Shown: in pieces, positions 47,501 to 64,000 of the stretch
Layout: every line of letters starts with the position of its first letter
Position numbering within the stretch: the stretch's first letter is position 1
From: Felis catus
Lineage: Eukaryota
Length of the DNA stretch: 64,000 nt
Direction of reading: 5' to 3'
Assembly (NCBI RefSeq): GCF_018350175.1
Contig: NC_058382.1
Location: forward strand, 7,998,001 to 8,062,000
Position numbers and translations under genes: made by a program
Notes under the pieces: model-generated
Seen by the model: only the letters and a program-made list of their open reading frames with translations
What the model was told of the DNA's origin: nothing
Database searches by the model: none

Positions 47501-50201
47501 CTACTCCTTGGGCACACAGCAGGATCACTGTTCGCTGAACTCTACTGGCTGGATGGAGCCATGCGGCTAGTCCTGACCAAGGGGCTGGGATGTCTCCAGG
47601 ATGGACTGCTGAAATGCCGGGGGAAGAACTCTTTCCCTCTGCCACAAGGAACGGTGGCTTCTAAGACAGCCACTCTAGCAGCACGCCTCCCCGAGTAATC
47701 GTGACGAACAGAGCTCCTTGGCCAACCTGCAGCACACATATAAAGTGAGCAAAAACAGCCAAAAAGGCTGGCGCTCCAGCAGCCTCTTTGGACCACAAGG
47801 CAGCCGTGAGGATGCATTCCCGTGTGCTGGGGATGGCAGAGCAAAGATGGGAGGGACCCGCCGTCTTCTGGACTTTTCAGCTGGAGAGGTATGAGCTTCT
47901 ATCTAGCTGAAGCCACTGTTATTTCCATTTCTATCCCACGTAGCCAAATATAACTGCTAACTGATGCCGAGAGTTTGTGGGAAATCGAGAAAGACAGATG
48001 TGAATGGCACCCTGCCTGCCCCCCTCTTCTCTGCCTTAAAAAGCAGATGCAGGGGCTCAGCTCAAGCAGCCATTTAAAGGTGACCAAGGCAAGCGTGGTC
48101 TGGTCTCACCGATCCAGGCCCCAGGGTCACCAGCCACGGCCCGTAGCCCCATACGTCTTTGGCAGTCTTGTGAAACAAGAGAGATAAACTCGTCGGCTTA
48201 ATTTGTTGTCGGCCAGATGTTGTGTTCCTTGGATTAATACGCTGTATGCACCTGTGCCTTTTCTGCTGAAACCCGTCTCAGTGAGTTTCTGTGGGTCAAA
48301 AGTAAGACTGCCAAGGAGAACAGCAACATTTTCACGAAAGGCACTCAGACCGCCCGTGAGGCTGATGAAAAATGCAGAATCCTGGCTGGTTCTTCCTCAA
48401 CCCCCGGAAGCCAGATCCCACAACGGATTCCTGGAATCTGGAATCGCCACTTGTAATGCCCCCACACTAGGTTATTCAAAGCTCCACTGCCCCAGGTCAG
48501 GCTTCATTCTCTCTCCCTGGCCCAACACAATAACCTCTCCCTGGCCTCCCAGCCTCCAGTCTCCCTCCATTGAGGCCTTCTGCCCACCCCCCCCACATGG
48601 TTTCCCATGGAAACTTTCCACACCCACACCCTTCTCCCCCGATGTTTCCCCCAGGGCCCCTAGAACGCAGCCCAAGCTTCTCAGTCGGGCATTTCACGTC
48701 GAACTACCTTCCCGGAAAAACCCTCTACATGGGCATCTGTATCCTGAAATACTTTCTCCTACCATCCCTGAAATACTTTCTTGCCCCCTCCTCCTTCTTA
48801 GGGTTCCGGTGCCAATGTCTGCTTCCTCCGGAAATGGGCAGGGCTCTGGAATCAGAGTCTGGGTTCAAACTCAAGTTCCAACACCTCCTAGCTTTCTGAC
48901 TTTGCAAACAGGGCTCCCAATCATCGTGCCTCAGTTCCCCTAAATACAACGGGGGCGGGGACTAAGGCAGGGTCTGATTGAGACTCATCTCCGGTCCCAG
49001 CACAGAACCTGGTGACAGAAAGCCTCAGGAGTCTGTAATAACGAGAAGGGCAAAGTCTGGTACCCGGGGTAAGAAGGAGTACTGGTAAGTGGGCGAGCCG
49101 CCTTGGTCACGTTCGGTTTCCTCTCTGGACACGGACGGCAGACCTGCCCGAGGGGAAACGCCACACCCTTTCAAGTTCTTGTAGGCTGAGAGCCCACGGA
49201 ACCCGAATCCACAGGCTGTGTTGTCCTCTTGCACTCTGGCAGGGCTCTCCCAAAGGGCAAAGGGGATGAGGGGGCAGCTGTCCCCATGGCCACAAATCTC
49301 AGTGTCTGCTTTCTTTCGAATGGGCATCTTCAGCCCCATTTCACAGAGGGGAGGAAACCAAGGGGCAAAGAGAACCCTAGATCCCAAGCAGGGTCACACA
49401 GGATCTAAGAGTTAGTCTGGGACTGAACCCAGGTCCTTCAGATGTCTTCTACCGCGGGAACCTGGAAAAAGCAAGTGGAGAAGAGAGAAAAGCCTACCTT
49501 CTTGGCGAAGAGAATCTGGGTGGAATCTCCAGCCTCCTCTACAGGAACCCACTGCAGGAGGACATCACTGTCCTGAGGAAAGGAGAGAGGAGTTTAGAAG
49601 TGCTGCCCTCCAATCTCCCCAAACCGTATTTCCAAACTTCTTCCCCAGTCTGGACCCCCACACTTACAAAGCCCCTTCTCTCCCTCCGGTCCGCACCCCC
49701 TGCCTTCCTAAAGCCCCATCGTGACCTCCAGACCATACGCCTACAGATGCGGCCTCCATCCCGCTCTGGGCCTGCCCGAGCCCCGCTGCCTCCCGGCCCA
49801 CCTTCTCCACAACGCGGATGACGCCAGCGATGAGGGAGTCCGGGTCTTGATGCTTCTTGGCACTGGTGTGCAGGTACACGCCACCCTTCTCAAACACCAC
49901 CTGGGGACAGGAACCAGTGAGGGGCGGGGCCCAAGCGCAGGTAGACGCCCAGGGGGCGGGGCCTAGGAGGGGTCCAGCCGCTCAGGGGGCGGGGCCATAA
50001 GGTAAGGGTCTCGCCTAGGGCAGCGGAGGGGAAGGTGACAGCGCATTTATAAAGGAATGATGTGTTTGCTAAGGCTCAGCCGGGCTCCCAGAGCCCCGGC
50101 AGAGTCTTGGGGCGAAGCCGACCACCGGAGGGCGGCGTCTCGCAACCACAGAAGGGAAAGAATGCGTCCTCGGTGCCTACCTTGTAGCCGGCTCCCTCCA
50201 T
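38586..50201 (-). CDS. TBC1D17: TBC1 domain family member 17, Rab-GAP (654 aa)
   Basis: 17 exons: 50201-50181, 49900-49802, 49572-49498, 45425-45302, 44589-44382, 43958-43847, 43736-43578, 43248-43120, 43024-42921, 42092-41998, 41564-41448, 41344-41244, 41163-41064, 39881-39784, 39623-39507, 38980-38894, 38804-38586; total 1965 nt. Catalytic IERDVSRTDR and GYVQG motifs, LIR-like GFEVI, Pro-rich tail. Confidence 0.96.
42185..42292 (-). mobile_element. Short older CAN-SINE
   Basis: GTGGGGCTCAAACTCACGACC...GATCAAGAGTCGCACG...ACCAGGCACCCC. Confidence 0.75.
42705..42912 (-). mobile_element. CAN-SINE inserted 8 nt downstream of the TBC1D17 exon 9 splice junction
   Basis: GGGGCGCCTGGGGGGCTCCGTCAGTTAGG head (minus strand) and A-rich tail. 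TSD at 42913-42928 and 42689-42704. Confidence 0.92.
45740..46355 (+). mobile_element. L1M-type LINE 3' fragment
   Basis: CAAATCAAAGCCACC...TACCACTTCACAC...CCCAGCGATTCTACTCC...ATTATTCATAACAGCCCCAAA...TACCTCAATAAAA. Confidence 0.8.
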
Positions 50202-51350
50202 AGCCGCGGCCGAGGTCCCACTACCCAGGTCCTCTCCCTTTCCGGGTCATCGTGCTGTCACATCCGGATAGGAGACTCCCCTGAAGACTGGACAGTGGTA
50301 GCGCCCTTGCCTGTTCTAGAACAGGAGTGGATGTAACCATCTTTCAGAATCGGGTGACTGAACTTGAACCACGAGGGCTTAAGTCACATGGCGCAAACGC
50401 TGAAGGTAGAGCAGCCCAGCGAGAGTGCGCAGACGCAGTGCTGCTCTCCTGACCGCGAAGTAAACAAGGGGGAGGATCCAAGGGCTCCACCCCTTCTCTC
50501 AAGCCGTCTCCGAAACACCTACTTCTTTCTCCATATTGTATACTGGCATTGAAGCTAAAGAGATGCCATTTTGCTCGAGGGCACAGGCAAAGCCGGTCAG
50601 CTGCGGCCATGTTAATGCGGGGCACTTTCATCTCTCTGAGGGGCGCGACAGTGAGGTCCTGGAAAAGAAACGGATAAAAGAAAAGAAGGTGAGAGAAGGT
50701 GTGCGTCAGAAGAGGTGCTGAGGGACTTGGGTTAACGGGATGAAGCCGTCCTTATTCGCGGGAACGAAGCGGTCCTAGTCGAATTCCTGAGTCACCGTCG
50801 AGAGAAAGCAGTCTAGGCAGCCATATTGAATCCTGGCAAACCGAAGCAAAAAGGGCTACCATATTGGATCTTTACCAGCCTTGGTGCTGAAGGGGGATAG
50901 GTTGGAGGGAGAGTCCATGTACATTTTGGGCAAGTGATGCCAGGCTGGCCTGCCATGTCATTAACGGGCATGCCTTTTCTCTACTTCTGTGGAAGAGGTT
51001 GACAATGGGTGAGGCGCATCAAGTCGCTGGCCTTAGTTTACTGACGCCTTGAGTGTGCATATGCCGACGGCCGTATTTCTTGGGGGCAAATCGAAATGGT
51101 TTGGCTTGTTTCCGAGCAAGCTGAAGCCTTTCTTTCGCCATCTTTCTTATGGGCACCGTGCTGGCGCCATTGCCCCGCTGTGACCCGGTGATGTCCCCGT
51201 GGCCATTTTGGTTTCGGGCGGCCCGGATACGGGAGGCGGAGTGTGCATGGTGGAGGAGGGCCAACCACGCGGAAGTGACGTGAGGCGCCGCCATGTCTTT
51301 TGAGGGCGGCGACGGCGCCGGGCCGGCCATGCTGGCTTCGGGCACGTGAG
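49900..51350. promoter_or_regulatory. Bidirectional CpG-rich promoter TBC1D17 (-) / AKT1S1 (+)
   Basis: Divergent ATGs at 50201 and 51293. GC boxes at 49921-49996, YY1-type CCATNTT array, ETS-CRE composite CGGAAGTGACGT at 51270-51281. Confidence 0.85.
51293..51345 (+). CDS. AKT1S1: AKT1S1 long-isoform first coding exon (20-aa N-terminal extension)
   Basis: GCCGCCATG then MSFEGGDGAGPAMLASG-T; donor AC|GTGAGT splices in frame to 54658 (G GCG TGG ATG). Confidence 0.85.
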
Positions 51351-53207
51351 TGGAGGCGGCGTTGTGAACCGCGGTGTGGGGAGGATTTGGCCGTCCGGAG
51401 GAGAGGGGCGCTGGGAGGGCGAGCCACTCGTGGGAGGGGTATGGCCTGCGTAGATCAGAGGGCAGAGGTCGCCCAGTGACCCTACGCTGAGCGCTGGAAA
51501 GGGGTCGCCCGCGGGAACCGTCGTGTCTGACCCAAGGCAAAACCTAGACAGCCTTCTCATACGGTCTCCAGACCCACAAGGGTTCTTGCCTTGGTCGTGG
51601 ACCATGTCCACAGGGTCTGGGGGTTGCCCGGGGGGACTTGGGGCGCCCCTCACCCGTCCAAAGGCGGGACTTCCGGTCCTGGCCCCCACCTGGGCGGGAT
51701 TTCCTGTTTTCTTCCTAGAGAAGTGGCTCTTCCCTGGACCCTCGGGCGAGGTGGGAAGGTCTCGGAGAGGTCGAGAAAGAGCCCAGACGTTCACCTTGTC
51801 CCCGGCTACGCGGGGTAGGGGGGTGAGGGGCATCCTCGAGTTTCTCCCACTTTCGGGCAGGGGGGCACTCGTAGTTTGACAGGTGGTTGGAAGGGGGCTT
51901 CACTAGCATCCCTCATTCCTTGGGGGACTCTGCCTCTTTCCTCACCTGTACCTAGAATTCTTTTCCTCAGTTCATCTCATCTCATCCTAGGAGGCCAGTT
52001 ACCTTAGCCCTCCCCTCCCCCTCCTGTGGGGGACAAGTCTCATCTCCTCTCCCCCATCTTAAACTCTTCAGTCTTGGGGGTTGGGGACCCTCCGTCCATC
52101 TCTCCGCGCCTTAGAGGATAGAGGACTCTCCAGCAGCTGAAAGGGTGGAGTCTCCTCTGGTCTTGGCCACCCTGCTTTTGGGTAACCAGCCTCAGAGAGC
52201 CCGCAGGCCTTGGCAGAGAGGTGTGAGTTACTCTTCTCATTTTTGCCCAGGCCTCCTCTTCACAGTGTGAAGGGGGACCCTCACGCCCACTCACCCCCAT
52301 TTCACTCTTTCCAATCCTGGAACTGCTCTAAGATCTAGGACGAAGAGTTTAATCCTGATGTCCTGGGGACACGAGAGCCCCAGGCTTAGCACTGGCAGGC
52401 TGTGCGACCTTGGACCAGTCATTTCCCTGCTCTGAGCCTTGGTGTCCTCCACCAGCTAAGGGTGACCCCAGGAGGCGCTGTGAGACCGTTAGGCTCCCTG
52501 GGCCTCACTTTCCCCACCTGGACTAGGAGATCCTAAACTTTCCCTGGCAAGGAAGGCAGGCTGGCATCCGAGATGAAGCACGGGCTCAGGATCCAGCCCT
52601 CTGACTCTATAATCAAAGCCCTGAATCTCCCTGACCCTCAGTTTGCCACCGTGAAGCGGGTTGATAACAGCCCCCTCCCTCGTGGGGTGGGGGAGAGGCT
52701 GGGATGACACGCTTGCACCCCTGAACCCCTGCCTGGCGGATGGGAAGTGCAGGGTGAATTTGCCGTGGGGCGTGTCCGGAATGGTGCTGGCTGTTCTCGC
52801 TGCACGTAGCTTCCGACAAGGGCTTTGTGGCCCACGAGCCCGGGCTGTCTCATTTGTGAGGGAACCGCTCCCACCTTAGTGGATCAGGTAGGAGGTGAAT
52901 TGACAGGTGCAGACTCCATACACTTAGTCGCTGCTTTTCAAACAACGGCTTAAGGGATTATGCGTTGAAAAGGGACTGCGAATTGAAATCCAGCTACAGA
53001 AGACCTTGGCGGGCTGGACTAGAACTGTGCTTGAATTCCTCCAGTGATGGGGTGCCCCCTACCTCCCTGAAGAGGCCCCTCAGCTTCCCAGCAGCCCTGG
53101 CTCCCCCACTGTGGTTTATAGGAAGAAGAAAATGAGGCAGAGAGAGGGCCAGTGAGTGGTCCAGGGTCACACAGCAGGTTTGCGATGGCAGACAGCCAGT
53201 CCCCTTG

Positions 53208-53338
53208 CTTTTTTTTTTCTTTTCTTTTCTTTTTTTTAAGTTTATTTAAGTACTCTCTACACCCAGTGTGGGGCTCAAACTTATGACCCCCGGGATCAAG
53301 AGTCACAAGCTCTTCCAGTTCAGCCAGCCAGGCGCCCC
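53208..53338 (-). mobile_element. Short older CAN-SINE
   Basis: T-tail, CTCTACACCCAGTGTGGGGCTCAAAC...AGCCAGCCAGGCGCCCC. Confidence 0.85.
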
Positions 53339-54601
53339 AACTACTTGCTCTTTCCATCTCATAAGGGGATGCAGCCAGCAGCTTGTCTGCTTAGGGGAGG
53401 CCTGTCCTGCGTCCTCGAGCTTGGGGAGCTCACAGTCTGATGGAGGAGGCAGCAGAGGTACAAGGGTCACAAGCTCAAGTGACAGTGAGCTATAACGGAG
53501 GTAGCCCAGGGCACTGTGGGTCTAGAGAAGCCATCTGATCCATCCTGGGGGCCAGGGAAGACTTCCAGAGGAATTGCCAGAACAGTCTCAGGAAGTACAA
53601 AACTTTTGCGGATGGAAATCTAGGCACAGAGGGCGTCTCGCACACCATTTTCTGCTCAGCCCCCGCTCTCCGAGGCCTGCCACGTGCAGGGCAAGGCTGG
53701 TGGCTCAGAGATGAAGGCTGCAGGCTCCCCAGAGGGCTATGTGCTACAATGGGGGACTCTCCGCCATTGTAGGAGCCCAAAGTGGGGGGACTGACCCGAT
53801 CTAGGGGCGAGGGCAAGCTCTTTCCACACTAGAGTGAAAGAAATATTGACTAGTAACTGGAAGGCAGGCCATCCAGGTGTAGGGGGACCACCTTGACTGA
53901 AGGCCTCAGAAGTCTTGGAAGGCTGTGACGCCGAGCGCAGGGCCAGGTTGCGGGCCGTGACCTTGTCCTGGGGCTGCTGGGGAGGGGCAGGGGCTCTTCC
54001 AGCCGGGAAGGACCCCCAGGGGGCCGTGTGCTGGCCTAACTGGAGGCTGAGAGGTTCAGGAAGAGGCTGCAGTGGTGGTCCAGTGGGAAAAGAACGCAGG
54101 CCAAGCATATAGTTTCAAATCTTCTATAAGCCACATTAAAATCGTAAAAAGAAAACAAGGTCCGCTTTCGGCATATGTCTTGTTTAGCCATTATGGCTGA
54201 CACGTCATCATCTCCACGTGTCATCCACAGCAGACCTGACAGTGAGATGTTAGACACCCTGCTTTTTTGTGCTAAGCCTTCAAAAATCCAGTGTGGATCT
54301 CATACCCATGGCCCCTCTCGCTCTGGAGCCGCCACGTGTCAAGTACTCCTTAGTCACGTGTGGCAGTTGGTTCCCAGGTCGGACAAGGCAGGGTCAAAAG
54401 GAGGGCCCAAGGCCGTGGGGACAGGGTGGGGCAGGAGGGATGGGGCTGGAGGGTTGAGGATGGTCCCAGGAGATCTGGGTGGGGAGGAAATCTGGGGGAG
54501 TAGCGGGCTTTGGGGAAGAAGCTGAGCTCAGCAGGCACAAGGTGGCTGGGAGGCATGGGCGTGGCCTCTAGGGACCGGTGGACACACAGGGCTGGGTGTA
54601 G

Positions 54602-57936
<3,335 letters not shown>

Positions 57937-58841
57937 GGCCCAAGCAAAGAGCTTCCCGGCCCAGCGTCCGCTCCGCTCCACACTACACCCCTGCCCCGCC
58001 CCCTGGGCCGGCCAATCCGAGTCAGACCTGGGACCGACCTTCCAGGTGGCCCGGGCCCCGGGATTGCCCCCTCCCTGCCAATCCCCGCCATCCTTCCAGC
58101 CCGCGATCCCCTCACGCGCCGAGGAGCGGGACCTATCTAGTTTCTCGATTGGGTCTGTCGCCGCTTTCTTTGCCCTGCGACAGATTCTTTCGATGAAGGG
58201 ATTAGCTCGCTCCCTGATCGGGGCGGCCAGTTTTAAGCCCCAAAATGGGTCAACTGTTGTTTTTTGCCTAGCGACAAGGGCTTTGCTCGCGCGGCATTGG
58301 TCGAAAGCGAAAAGCCAAGCCACAGGATTGGGAAGCGGCAAGCCATTTCGGCCTAGAGATGGGAAGCTCCTACATTTGATTGGCTCGAACCCAAAGGGCT
58401 TGACCAATCTCCCGGAGTCGCCATCCCACCCTTCCTGGGCTGTCCCGCCTGATTGGCTCCAGCGTCCTGAGGGCGTGGCCAAACCCTCCTGTGCCCAGGA
58501 TTGGCCTGCGGCCTTAAATTTACGTTCTTTACACTACTGGGACTGGGGTTGTTTTTGACCTAGTCCCGACCAAGTGTCCCTCTGCCCCCTCCCAGGGATG
58601 GCCCAATTCTGTCCCTGCGTCTGATACCCTCTCATTGGTTCCATCCCACAACAGCCTGCCAATCGAAGTCCGTCCTTGCAGCCCGGACGGCACCAGCTCC
58701 CGCCCCTCTCCCCCCACCCCCACAGGTGCCTTAAAGGGCCTTCGTCCGCCCAAGGTGGGGGGCAGGGGCCCTCGCTCTCCGGCCCTTGTGTGGGGGAGAG
58801 AGTCGGGGGTGGGGATTGGGAGTTGGGAGGGGTGGTCTGAG

Positions 58842-58847
58842 ATTAAA
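58842..58847 (+). terminator. AKT1S1 polyadenylation signal ATTAAA
   Basis: ATTAAA followed by a GT-rich element (GTGTGTTGTGTT) about 35 nt downstream. Confidence 0.75.
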
Positions 58848-59519
58848 GAATTTTACCTCTGGCAAATGAGTACAAAGTGTGTTGTGTTCATTCAACAAAC
58901 ATTTCCTGAAGCCGAATGAGCAGCATTTCATGGATTTTCAGGGCAAAGCTGGGAGTTTTTACAGATAAAAGAGATTCACAGGGTGGGAGTGGGGATTCCA
59001 GCCCTGTGTGACCATAGATCCCCACTCTTCAGGGAGATGAATGTTGGAATGTGAATAGTCTTTAAGGAATCAGTGTTCTGAGTCCACATAGACCCCAGCA
59101 AAATCAGGAACCTCCACTTCAGGCCGGGGGTTTTCTGCCTGACAGAGCTGAAATTGGCACCTGATCCCAAGTCTAGGCGGGGTCCAGTAAACCTGTAATT
59201 TCATCTCCCATCAGACCACCACCGGAGGAATGCGCAACAGATGAGACATAAACAGGACGAACTACCAGCCAAACAATTTTATAAAGTTATTAACATGTAT
59301 TAACTCTTTTAATCTTCCTAGTAACCCCATGAATGGAAACGATTATCCCCACTTTACAGATGAGAAAATCGAAGTATTGAGGGTCAGGGCTGCTGTCGGG
59401 GGAGGAGATTTCTTGGACTGGCAATGATCATCAAATGGAAAAAAAGTTTCTCCCGCTATAACTAAGGGAATGAATGTTACAGAGTTCAACGTGGAAAGAA
59501 AATCTGCGAAAAGAAGACC

Positions 59520-59752
59520 CACACCCCCTACTGGCCCGAGCCGTCCATTGCTGCGGGAGAGATGAAGGTCAGAGCACCGGAGGACCACAGGGGCAGGTCT
59601 GGAGAGGGGCGGGGCTCCTGTAGTGGGAGGAGCCAAGGCCCTGCCCCCTCCCGTACGACGAGTCATTTCCGTCCGCCGAGAAACAGAGAAAGAAGCCGGT
59701 GGAGTTGCGGGCAGAGCGCCTCGGGCCGGACTTCCCTGGTCGCAAGTGGCAG
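59520..59752 (+). promoter_or_regulatory. PNKP: PNKP promoter and non-coding exon 1
   Basis: CpG-rich, GC box near 59606, donor CAG|GTGAGC at 59752; next acceptor TTAG|G at 60035. Confidence 0.7.
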
Positions 59753-60047
59753 GTGAGCCCCGGTCCGGCATGGTGAGCGTGGGCCGGGCTGAGGGCGCGC
59801 GCGAGGTTCTTGGCTTTTGCCTTCGGACGCAGGGGTCCGGGCTCGCTGCAAGACTGAGCGGGGCGTCGTCGCCTGGGAAACGGCGCGAGCCTGAGGCCGG
59901 CAAGAGGGTGGGATTTCCGGGCCCTTCAGCGGAAGAAGGGAAATTCCTGGTGGACGGGGAGGGAGGAGGAGGGACTTCCTGTGGCAATTTGAGGGCGTTC
60001 TGTCAATCAAACCTGTTTACCTACTTCCCCTTAGGCCGGCGCTAGGG

Positions 60048-63239
<3,192 letters not shown>

Positions 63240-64000
63240 GTGAGCCTCGGCGTCCGGGTCATTCCCCTCTTCCCTCTGCCCGGCCTCCCCTCCACAGGTC
63301 TCCGGGGTTTGCCGTCCTGCCTCCTTCCTCTTCCTCTCCTCCCCTCCCCAGGTCCTCGCCTTCTGTGTCACATTCTGTTGGTAGGTGAGGGCAACGCTCT
63401 CGAACTCAGAAAGTCAGAGCAGTCAAGGAGGAAATCAGTCGCTTGTTGGTTGTTTTGTGTGTGCAATTGTTCTGAAGTTCAACAGCTTCCTGAGCTGAAG
63501 GTATCCGTGTACCAGACAGGCCTGCTGGGGCACCCACATACCAGTGAGGGTGCAGACTGTACGTGCACACGCTGGTGTGTAAAATGGTGGGAGGAAGCGA
63601 GGCAAGATGAGGCAGGGTGTACCTGCGGTGGTCAGGTAAGGTCTCTTCGAGGTGCTTTTTAGACCTGAAGCTGGTTGTGGGGGGGGGAGCCATGAGGGTG
63701 TCTAGGAGGAGTGGTCTAGGTGGGAGAACCAGCAAGTGTAAAGGTCCTGAGGCAGGTCTGTGACTAGGGTGTTTAGGGACAGTGAAGAGGCCGGGTGGCT
63801 GGACCTGAGTGGATGAGGGGGGGAGAGAGGGGTATGAGGTCAGGGCGGGTAGGTGTGGGACTGTGATGCTTGAGGACCCAGGTAAGGGCTTCCCCTTTAC
63901 CCTGCAGGGGAGCAAGGGGGTGGTGCCCGGTAGGGTTGGGAGGGGTGGGGGGGGAGTCAACATGAGCAGGAACTGGCACCCTTTGGTGGTCATGTGGGGA

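Noticed and set aside
48203-48943. 246-aa + strand ORF in TBC1D17 intron 3
   Set aside because: TTG start, begins in LTR-like sequence, no homology recognised.

Overview
Mammalian genomic DNA from a feliform carnivore, inferred from its felid-type CAN-SINEs. Gene order matches human 19q13.33. ATF5 (-) is present as its 5' part only. NUP62 (+) has an intronless CDS whose C-terminus falls in a 132-N gap. IL4I1 (+), TBC1D17 (-, 17 coding exons, 654 aa) and AKT1S1/PRAS40 (+, 256/276 aa) are complete, and the coding exon of the long NUP62-promoter IL4I1 isoform is visible. PNKP (+) is present as its first 7 coding exons. All exon chains were built by hand from GT-AG sites and keep frame. Introns carry CAN-SINEs, L1 fragments, MLT1/MER21-type LTRs and hAT DNA transposons. 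I see no new protein-coding system. The most interesting signals are non-coding. (1) A SINE target-site duplication copied a TBC1D17 splice donor, and the spare copy is mutated exactly at GT. (2) There are 13 CCAAT boxes in the AKT1S1 3'UTR. (3) A unidirectional YY1-motif array lies between TBC1D17 and AKT1S1. (4) ACG replaces the first ATG of the long IL4I1 isoform. (5) A TATA/GAS/kB promoter-like cassette sits inside the NUP62 intron. Comparisons with human proteins and repeat-family names are from memory, not from searches.
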